A DNA stretch of 64,000 bases from a virus (lineage: Duplodnaviria > Caudoviricetes), in IMG/VR virus record IMGVR_UViG_3300028805_003982. The stretch is one strand, 5' to 3'. Under the pieces are notes generated by a model. It searched no databases and had not been told where the DNA came from. It was given only the letters and a program-made list of their open reading frames with translations. Shown here piece by piece: positions 56,529 through 64,000 of this stretch (positions are counted from its first letter, which is position 1; every line of letters starts with the position of its first letter). The position numbers and the translations under genes are program-made.

Positions 56529-56616
56529 CATTAAGAGCATTATCAGCTTCAGACAATATAAAGAGGACGGCTTTTGAAAGGAACCGTCCTCTGTCATTTC
56601 TTTTTTAACCCCGGGC

Positions 56617-58548
56617 TCAGACCTTGAAACCTATCTTGTGTCTTTCCGCTTCGATCTCCTCTCTTACAATGGCTTCTTCGATCGCTTTATCGAAATGGTC
56701 CGGGCTTACCGTGATAAAGTCACGCACCCCGCTCTTATCTTCCAGATATTCCCGGTACGCCGCAAGAGCTCCTGACCTTACTGCTTTGTTGTACTGTCTT
56801 AAGCTCCTGACACCTCTGTCGTACATTCTTTCAGTCACTTCGGATATAACCTTGCCCGGTACTTTGAGTCTGCCCTCATACACGGGCGACTTCATTTCCT
56901 TTAACATCATCTTGGACATGATGGACAGGCATCTGTCCCTGGTAGGCTCGGGGAACTCCACTATGTCACACCTGTCTTTGAGCCACGGCGCCATCCTGTC
57001 TTCTTCGTTCGCTGTTAAGATAAAAATGACGCCCTTGACATCAAAGTTCCTGTTGAGAAAATTGTCCGTTATCTGATGCGAGCCGTCCATCGCGCTCAAC
57101 AGTTCGTCCTGGATATTATGTACTGAGTCGCGCCTTGCGGATGCTTTGTCGATCTCATCTATGAGGATCACCGGGTTTAACGAGTCGGTCACAAGGCACG
57201 CCTGGGCGATCTCGCCGAACCTTGACTGCTTATATGTCGCCGAGTCACCCGTAAGTCCTCTGCCGGTCGCTGCGCTCTGGGCATCGATCTTATAGAAACC
57301 CAGGCCCAGAATCTCGGCAAGGAGTTTTCCAAAATACGTCTTTCCGATCCCGGCTCTCCCGCAGAGAAGTATAGGGGAGGTGCTGCCGCATCTGACATAC
57401 TCAAGAGAAATCTTTAAAAGAGGGAACACGATCTCTTCTGGCAGGTCGTGCGCTTCACAGAGCTCCTTTATTTTAACGTACAGGTCCCGGTTGTTGTTCT
57501 TCCCGGGATCGAACCCGGTTATCACCGGCGCTCTTTCTTCCAGATAGTCCAGCCTTACAAGTTCGTCTGTCGTGACATTATTGTTCTTGGCAACCTGCTC
57601 GTATTCTCTTTCCTTTCTGTTCCTCTCTCTTCTGGCATTAACTTCTTCTGTCAGGCTCTTATATTTAGCTGACGTTTTGTCTTCCGGATGTCTGGACTCA
57701 TAATAAGTAAGGAGCTGCTCGACTTCTTCATCGGTGGCCAGATCGCCTTCGGCTTCTTTCGGGAAGCCTCCGCTTGTTCCGGACTCATTGCTCTCCGGAG
57801 CATTTATATTAACTGCCGCCGGACACTTATCAGTCACTACCCGCCTTATAGGATCGTAATAAAGCTGCTGCACTTCAGGTGCACTATTCAGGTCTTCTGC
57901 CGGGGTGTCCGGATCATCTCCGGGGCGGGGAGTAAGGCCCTCGGTCTCATCCCAGTCGTCGTCTTCCGGATCGGGCTCACCGTCTTCATAGTAAGCGGTC
58001 AAGGCACCATAAATATCCTCCGGCGTATCCGTTATATCATCTATCTCATCTTTCCCGTCATCGTTGTCCTTAAAGAGAGGCAGCCTTAAGAAATAATAAA
58101 GCTCACCATACTCCTTGTTCATATATGTCTCGATCTTATTGAGGCTGAGATTTACAGAGCCTGCCAGAACGGAATACTTAACACCCGTGACGGCTGCGTA
58201 AAGCTCCAGGTAACCTGTCATCTGCACGCCGTCTTCTATCAGATAGTCCTCGTCAAACAATGTCTTCTCCGCGGGTGACAGACTCTTCTGGATCGCGTCC
58301 TTGAACTTCTCTGATCTTTCTTCGTACGATCTTAATACGACCTTTTCAAGTTCGGCGAGTTTGATCCTGGGGCCTTGCGGCATCTCGTCGCCAGCTGCCA
58401 TCTCCATCTCTCTTTTATCCCGGACCTGCTTTATTGCCCTGCGGACGATCTGATATTCCCTCTGGGTTATCGTCTCCTTTTCTTTCTTTAACTTGTTCTT
58501 CTCCTCCTCGCGGCGAAGCTCTTCCAGTCTTTCTTCTCTTCCTGCCAT
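56617..58548 (-). CDS. Lon-like AAA+ ATPase without protease domain
   Basis: ILLCGRAGIGKT, NPVILIDEIDKA, FILTAN, LKDRC; long acidic N-terminus. Confidence 0.8.
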   Translation of the reverse strand: MAGREERLEELRREEEKNKLKKEKETITQREYQIVRRAIKQVRDKREMEMAAGDEMPQGPRIKLAELEKVVLRSYEERSEKFKDAIQKSLSPAEKTLFDEDYLIEDGVQMTGYLELYAAVTGVKYSVLAGSVNLSLNKIETYMNKEYGELYYFLRLPLFKDNDDGKDEIDDITDTPEDIYGALTAYYEDGEPDPEDDDWDETEGLTPRPGDDPDTPAEDLNSAPEVQQLYYDPIRRVVTDKCPAAVNINAPESNESGTSGGFPKEAEGDLATDEEVEQLLTYYESRHPEDKTSAKYKSLTEEVNARRERNRKEREYEQVAKNNNVTTDELVRLDYLEERAPVITGFDPGKNNNRDLYVKIKELCEAHDLPEEIVFPLLKISLEYVRCGSTSPILLCGRAGIGKTYFGKLLAEILGLGFYKIDAQSAATGRGLTGDSATYKQSRFGEIAQACLVTDSLNPVILIDEIDKASARRDSVHNIQDELLSAMDGSHQITDNFLNRNFDVKGVIFILTANEEDRMAPWLKDRCDIVEFPEPTRDRCLSIMSKMMLKEMKSPVYEGRLKVPGKVISEVTERMYDRGVRSLRQYNKAVRSGALAAYREYLEDKSGVRDFITVSPDHFDKAIEEAIVREEIEAERHKIGFKV

Positions 58549-58921
58549 AACGGATTCTCCTCTCCCGAATCTCTTTGAGACACCGATACTTAAGAGAAGC
58601 TTCTTGCCTTAAGCTGCTCTCATTTTAGTGTCTCATATGTTGCTGCGTTTACTATTGAACCCGTGCTTTGCCTGTCACTTATTCAACTTCAACTATCTAT
58701 GTTATAACAGCAAAATCAGCAAAGTGCAGCGGAACTTAAGTTACAAAATAAAGAAACCCAAAGCTGCCTGGTGGGACAAATCTTCGGGTTTCGGGAGAAA
58801 GATAGTGCGTGGTCGGGGCTCTTTGGGAAAGCCCGCCAGCTTCCATTTAATCAATAACGATCACATAATTCAATCTTGTTTTAACTTCCTTTTTATGTTA
58901 TTGTCCGGCAACTTTTTCACA

Positions 58922-60274
58922 TCACTCGGAGTCCAATTTATGAATATCTTTTTTCAGCTGGCTGTCAGTCGAATGCATATACACATCCAGTGTGATCCCG
59001 CTGGTCTCGTGACCCATAACGGTCTGCGTGCTCTTGACTGCGGCACCGCTGTTAGCCAGTCTCGTTGCAAACGTATGCCTTAATGAATGCATACTGACAT
59101 GAGGTATCTCTGCCATCTGCGCTCTTTTCTTTAACGTCTGGTCGAACGTATGAGTCGTCTTGATGCCGCCGGTCTGCTTACTCCTGTAGACCAGATCGTT
59201 CCCGGTAAACGTAACCCAACGATCCGTCACTTCGTCCTTATACGAATACACCTGAGACTCGCCCTTGGACCAGATATCCTTCACTTCGCTGTGGGCTGAT
59301 CCGTCCTTCAGCATCTCTTTTTCAACTTCTTTTTTGATCCACATGATCTCCAGAAGTTCACTGCCTTTTCTGGTCAACGGTATCACGCGGTACCCTGCTT
59401 CAGTCTTCGGAGGGTTTATTTTTGTCTTGCCGTTCTCGTCCGCGCTTGCTGCGTGAGTTACCCTGATGAAGCCTTCTTTAAGATTCACATCCTGCCAGGT
59501 CAACGCTCTCAATTCTCCTATCCGAAGGCCCGTTTCGAGGACCAGCAGCACGGCGTTATCGTTCGGGTCTTTAACATTGAGAACTCTATTGAGCTTCTCT
59601 ATCTCGGTCTTATCCAGCACCTTGACTCTCTTGGTCTCCGTTCTGGAAGCTCTCTTATCAGGCAGTCTGGTCTTGAAATCCGACAGGTCTTCCGTCATAA
59701 GTCCTTTCTTCTTGGCGTCCCTTAACACTCTTCGCAGCATGACAAACAGATCGCTGACGCTGCATCTTGCGTAACCTTTTTCGAGCAGCTTATCGTTAAG
59801 CTCGTCGAGGTCTTTTTCCCTTATCATGAACAGCCACTTATCTCCTATAAAGGGTGCTGCCATCCTCTCGTATTTACTGACATAGTTTCTATAAGTGCTC
59901 TCTCTGATCCTGCTTTTTTCCTTTTCCGACCACTCCTCGAACCACTCGTTCAGCGTAAGCGGCCGGTTGTCCCATTTGGTACTGAACGGGTTGGTCCTGC
60001 TCAGTTTCTTCCCCCGTGAGACTCTGAATGGCTCTTCTCTTTTAGCTCTACTGCCAAGAAGACTTGCGGAGGGAGTGGTGCTCTCAGATGCTGCCCCGAC
60101 GGTTGCTTGGGGGTGGGCTTTTGCATGGTTAAGCCATGTTCTGGCGTCTCTTAATCTGACAAATATCTTCTCTCTTCTGACTCCGGTTTTGTCGGTGAAC
60201 CTTGCTGAGAACCTTCCGTCTTTTCTCTGCGTTAAGCCCATGCCGAGGTTTTTACCGTCAAGTGATCTGCCCAT
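58922..60274 (-). CDS. int: tyrosine integrase with N-terminal arm-binding domain (Tn916/ICE-like)
   Basis: QRKDGRF N-terminus, TGLRIGE, HSLRHTFATR, MGH, TLDVY. Confidence 0.92.
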   Translation of the reverse strand: MGRSLDGKNLGMGLTQRKDGRFSARFTDKTGVRREKIFVRLRDARTWLNHAKAHPQATVGAASESTTPSASLLGSRAKREEPFRVSRGKKLSRTNPFSTKWDNRPLTLNEWFEEWSEKEKSRIRESTYRNYVSKYERMAAPFIGDKWLFMIREKDLDELNDKLLEKGYARCSVSDLFVMLRRVLRDAKKKGLMTEDLSDFKTRLPDKRASRTETKRVKVLDKTEIEKLNRVLNVKDPNDNAVLLVLETGLRIGELRALTWQDVNLKEGFIRVTHAASADENGKTKINPPKTEAGYRVIPLTRKGSELLEIMWIKKEVEKEMLKDGSAHSEVKDIWSKGESQVYSYKDEVTDRWVTFTGNDLVYRSKQTGGIKTTHTFDQTLKKRAQMAEIPHVSMHSLRHTFATRLANSGAAVKSTQTVMGHETSGITLDVYMHSTDSQLKKDIHKLDSE

Positions 60275-60349
60275 ATATCCCTTATCTCCTTTCTTTAGAA
60301 TCTTCCCATAGAGGTCTCGCCGTCATAACTTCGTCGGCGTTTTGTTCAG

Positions 60350-60565
60350 TCATTCAATACTGTCGGTGTTGCGGAGAAACTCCTCAAAGGCTTCTCTTTT
60401 GACAAGTCTCTTGGTGGGGCCGACATATATGACAAAGGGACAACCAGGCTCCGAAAGAAGTCTCTTGATGGAGTCTTTTCCGATGTTTGTATACGCGGAA
60501 GCCTCTTCGATCGTTAACAAGAATTTTTGCGGGATGGGTATTCCCGGTTCGGATAAGACGCTCAT
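60350..60565 (-). CDS. xis: excisionase (Tn916 Xis-like)
   Basis: LLTIEEASAYTNIG...FVIYVG..KRLVKREAFEEFL, directly upstream of int. Confidence 0.88.
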   Translation of the reverse strand: MSVLSEPGIPIPQKFLLTIEEASAYTNIGKDSIKRLLSEPGCPFVIYVGPTKRLVKREAFEEFLRNTDSIE

Positions 60566-60568
60566 TTG

Positions 60569-61120
60569 TCAGCCTCCTACTTGATCATTATGCTCGTCAA
60601 GCAACTCCTGAAAGTCTGCGTCGAGACGTTCACGGCGGGTTGCCGCGGATTCTTCCTTGACCTGTTCTTTTGTTGTCGGCGATGCTAATAAAGAATCTAT
60701 CTTAAGACTTAATATCTTTAAATCGATAGGGGCAAGACGGGGAAGATACATGATGATCTCAGACAACAAACGGGTACTGTCAACTGTCGTTACGCCTGAC
60801 GCAACATAGTCAGAACTGCCTTTGTGAAACTCCACTTCGGTTGGGTTGTAGAACTCGTCATCATCCGGCCCGACGCTCTCTCCGAAGATAAGATAACTGG
60901 GATTTACGTTGATGCGGTTAGCCAACTCAACATACTTCGGATACTTCAACTCAGCCGCCCCACGTTCTATTGTATTGTAATAACTGGGGGTGTACTGACA
61001 AGCTGTTGCAAAGTCTTTCTGCTTTATCTTTCTTGATTTTCTTATTTCTTTCAAGCGCTCTCCGATCGCTTTCCGATCAAGATTTTCTTTGTCAAATAAT
61101 GGTTCTGAAAAGTATGCCAT
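60569..61120 (-). CDS. XRE-family HTH regulator
   Basis: IGERLKEIRK...KQKDFA...IERG...SYLIFG. Confidence 0.85.
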   Translation of the reverse strand: MAYFSEPLFDKENLDRKAIGERLKEIRKSRKIKQKDFATACQYTPSYYNTIERGAAELKYPKYVELANRINVNPSYLIFGESVGPDDDEFYNPTEVEFHKGSSDYVASGVTTVDSTRLLSEIIMYLPRLAPIDLKILSLKIDSLLASPTTKEQVKEESAATRRERLDADFQELLDEHNDQVGG

Positions 61121-61645
61121 ATTGTGTTTCTCCTTCGTTTCCTTCGTCGTCGTTGGGGCTGAACAGTTGCGCAGAGCGCTCCTTCGGAGCCTGCTTCAGC
61201 TGCGCTTATCTTCTCGCATCTCGCCCTCGTTGTCAAGCTAAAATTTCGATTCGGATTGTGAAAATTGCGGTAAAAAATCAAAAGAACGCAAAAATAGCAG
61301 ATTCGACGCCGATCAACGTTTGATTCACCTCTGATTCTCCCGTGATTGCCCAATAAGGTATCAATTTACACCCACAACGGACTCCAAATGCCTCTTCTTC
61401 TTCTAAAATGGGGTGATATTGAGGCTAGCATACTGTCGGGTTTTTTTTGAGCCGGCGGTCTTTGAGAAGCTGTTTAAAGCAATCTTGTTGCGTTTTAAAG
61501 CGGACGTATTCGAAAACTTCGATAATTGTTTAGAAAATTTCAAAAAGTTATTGAAATATCGAAATTTTGAGATATAATGCAAACAAGAGATAGTGAGTGG
61601 CCGCATAAGAGTCACATTAAGAACGATTATTCAGGAGGTGCTGCA

Positions 61646-62662
61646 ATGAATAATTCAGGAAACAACAAGGAGCAGAAAAAGGATCTTGATCTGGCCGTTT
61701 CTGAGAGCTGGGTTGAAGAAGATATTCTGCTTGACGGCGTAGACGCCGATCAGATTGAGGAAAAGGCTAACGAGGATATCCGTAAGCTTCAGACTGAAAT
61801 GCGCGGTTCGGAAAGCTTCTACACTGAGGATGGTCTTAAGATGTTTTTGTATGAAGCGTCTGAGTATCGCATTCTCACTAAGGAAGAAACCACTGCCCTG
61901 CTCCGCAGGTTTGCAGACACTGGTGATCCGGAAGCGTTTCAGGAGCTCGTTAACCATAACCTCAGATTGGTATACGGTATTGCTATCAAGTACACCAACC
62001 GTGGCGTGGATATTCTGGATCTTATCCAGGAGGGTAACCTTGGTCTGATGAAGGCCATATCCAAGTTTGACGTTGAAAGAGAGACAATGCTTTCTACTTA
62101 TGCGGTTTACTGGATCAAGACTTCTATTACCAGAGCGATCAACAAGTACGGCAGAATGATACACATCCCCGAGTCAGAGGAACAGACGTTGTTTAAGATC
62201 AAGAGGTTCATCAAGAACTTTGAACAGGACAACGGTTATACTCCCGAACCGGAAGAGATCTCCGAGTTCCTTAACATTGACGTTAGCAGAGTTAAGAATC
62301 TGATCACCGCAGGTCAGCCTGTAGAATCTCTTGACTTTACAGAAGATGATGACCCCGAGCGCGGCAATAAGTATCGTGCGGTCGTAGCCGACGACGTATC
62401 TTGCCCTGTTTCCGAGTTCGAGAGGGCTTGCCTCGACGAGCTGCTCAAGAAGACAGCATCTATTCTGAGTCCTGAAGAAGCTTTCGTATTCAGTCACTTC
62501 TACACAGTCAATGCGCACGATAAGATGTCCATCCCGGAATTGGCTGACGCGTTGGGTTTGAAGTCTAACCAGATCAGGACTTTGAAGGCTAAGGCTATCA
62601 AAAAGATCAGAGGCAGCAGCCTTGCTCCTGCATTGGCAGAATTTCTCGCAGACAGAACTTAA
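61646..62662 (+). CDS. sigma-70 family RNA polymerase sigma factor
   Basis: NLRLV, DLIQEGNLGLMKAISKFD, STYAVYWIK, MIHIP; divergent region 4. Confidence 0.9.
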   Translation: MNNSGNNKEQKKDLDLAVSESWVEEDILLDGVDADQIEEKANEDIRKLQTEMRGSESFYTEDGLKMFLYEASEYRILTKEETTALLRRFADTGDPEAFQELVNHNLRLVYGIAIKYTNRGVDILDLIQEGNLGLMKAISKFDVERETMLSTYAVYWIKTSITRAINKYGRMIHIPESEEQTLFKIKRFIKNFEQDNGYTPEPEEISEFLNIDVSRVKNLITAGQPVESLDFTEDDDPERGNKYRAVVADDVSCPVSEFERACLDELLKKTASILSPEEAFVFSHFYTVNAHDKMSIPELADALGLKSNQIRTLKAKAIKKIRGSSLAPALAEFLADRT

Positions 62663-62679
62663 TTATTGGGGGTATATAA

Positions 62680-63525
62680 ATGTATTCAAGAGCTGAATTA
62701 ATGAATCCGGTTGAGTACGCCAGACTGGAATCGCTGCAGGAACGTCTTTATAAGAAGTGTAAGAACTTAAAGGCGGATGTAAAGGTTCCTGTCATGGCTT
62801 GCTTCCGTTATAGAATGAAACCTTCGCACATGGTTGAGGAGTATCTGGATTATACATTCGTAGCTCCTAACGGTACCCTTAACATGGCGGACCCCAGTGA
62901 ATCTTTAGAAGATATCAGAGAAGCTATGGCCAACAGCAATCGCGGTAAAGAAGTTGTCTTATCCCGTTATTACCACAATAACAAGTTTATGCGTAAAGAC
63001 GGCAAGCTCAATGTAAGTTCCAGGCAGATCCGTTCTTATGCTTTGGGCGTATTAAGAAACTCCGGAGAGCTAAATAACATGGATTACTACCGGATGTCCG
63101 CCCTCATGAGGTTGCAGTATGGCCGTCAGGCTATCTCACCCGACAGCTTGGGTGAGTATGTTGAATGCCAGGATGCCGAAACACTGGCTGAGATGGTCGC
63201 CAATAAGGTCAGGGAATGCGTCAAGCTGACTAAGATCGAAAATGTGATGCTCGACTATTTTATCAGGCCCGGTTCGATGGATTACGAGCTGATGCAGCAG
63301 GTTTGGGGCGTCGGCATTCTTGATGATGACAAGTTGATAAAGCAGGCAAAGAACAAGATGCAGATAGCCATTAAAAGGTTTGTGCGGAAGGTTAATGAAT
63401 GCCGCGATATCACAGACGATACCTTTTATGCTTTCCTCGCAGCGTCTAATTTTGATTTTTACCGCAGGGGTCTTTTTGTACCGGAGCGTGTTTATGACGG
63501 AGCTAAAGGAGGGCTTGGAGTATGA
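62680..63525 (+). CDS. hypothetical protein
   Basis: 281-aa ORF following the sigma gene. Confidence 0.7.
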   Translation: MYSRAELMNPVEYARLESLQERLYKKCKNLKADVKVPVMACFRYRMKPSHMVEEYLDYTFVAPNGTLNMADPSESLEDIREAMANSNRGKEVVLSRYYHNNKFMRKDGKLNVSSRQIRSYALGVLRNSGELNNMDYYRMSALMRLQYGRQAISPDSLGEYVECQDAETLAEMVANKVRECVKLTKIENVMLDYFIRPGSMDYELMQQVWGVGILDDDKLIKQAKNKMQIAIKRFVRKVNECRDITDDTFYAFLAASNFDFYRRGLFVPERVYDGAKGGLGV

Positions 63526-64000
63526 GCAGCAATAAGGGCTACGATGGAGACTTTGAATTCCAGAGACTTTTACCAAAAGATAAGGATGACTTACTATCTG
63601 ATCTCAAAGAGATAAGATCTTTGCAAGATAATCCGAACGCGGTTACTGCAGGGCTCAATCCTTGGTTTTACAACGAACAGGATGAACAGAAGATAACCGA
63701 CGACATCGATGCCGGTATCAACGAGTTCCTAACCGATCACGGTTTGCAAGCCCGCTTTTCCCCGAAAGAGTATGAGGAAAACCTTAAAATATTTCAAAAC
63801 ATATTGAATCACAAGTCTAAGAGGTTCAACAGAATGGTAGACCTGAACTTTGAACTGCTTCTTGATCACATCTTCAGCGATTCAGAAAAAGGGCTGCCTT
63901 TACCGGATAGCAGGATCTCCAACGGCGAGTTTATGGATAGGGTTTATGATGAGGTGTATAAGGTTACGTTCAATAAGCTGGTTGCTGCCCGGGGTAAAAC
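63522..64000 (+). CDS. hypothetical protein (truncated by window end)
   Basis: ATGA overlap with upstream gene; reads toward the window edge. Confidence 0.5.
   Translation, partial: MSSNKGYDGDFEFQRLLPKDKDDLLSDLKEIRSLQDNPNAVTAGLNPWFYNEQDEQKITDDIDAGINEFLTDHGLQARFSPKEYEENLKIFQNILNHKSKRFNRMVDLNFELLLDHIFSDSEKGLPLPDSRISNGEFMDRVYDEVYKVTFNKLVAARGK

Overview
64 kb of a large, gene-dense mobile genome (jumbo phage or megaplasmid/ICE-like, Firmicutes/Clostridia-type signals), almost all on the + strand. No virion or conjugation-core genes fall in the window, so phage versus plasmid is unresolved. Recognisable genes: nrdD/nrdG, thyA, a UvrD/PcrA helicase, two tyrosine recombinases with an Xis and XRE regulator, a sigma-70-like factor, TraX, a bacterial PARG, an RNase H-like YkuK protein, phosphoesterases and many small hypothetical ORFs. 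There are 44 tRNA genes in three clusters. Two systems stand out. (1) Both large tRNA operons are preceded by a short leader ORF plus alternative terminator/antiterminator hairpins, and the leader codons match the anticodons encoded downstream (9/9 for the Ser/Gln operon, 26/27 for the big array). This looks like a ribosome-based sensor that switches on replacement tRNAs when any of them is depleted or cleaved. (2) An intact TnpB/Cas12f-like nuclease is followed by two tandem units, each an omegaRNA-like scaffold (compensatory base changes between copies) followed by its own 36-nt-repeat CRISPR array, with no cas1/cas2 or tnpA nearby. Also present: two non-autonomous TIR elements with target duplications, several tRNA-like or structured ncRNAs, an element-wide promoter motif with invariant spacing, recurrent C-terminal peptide tails, and a candidate attP. 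All calls were made by eye; no searches or folding programs were run.
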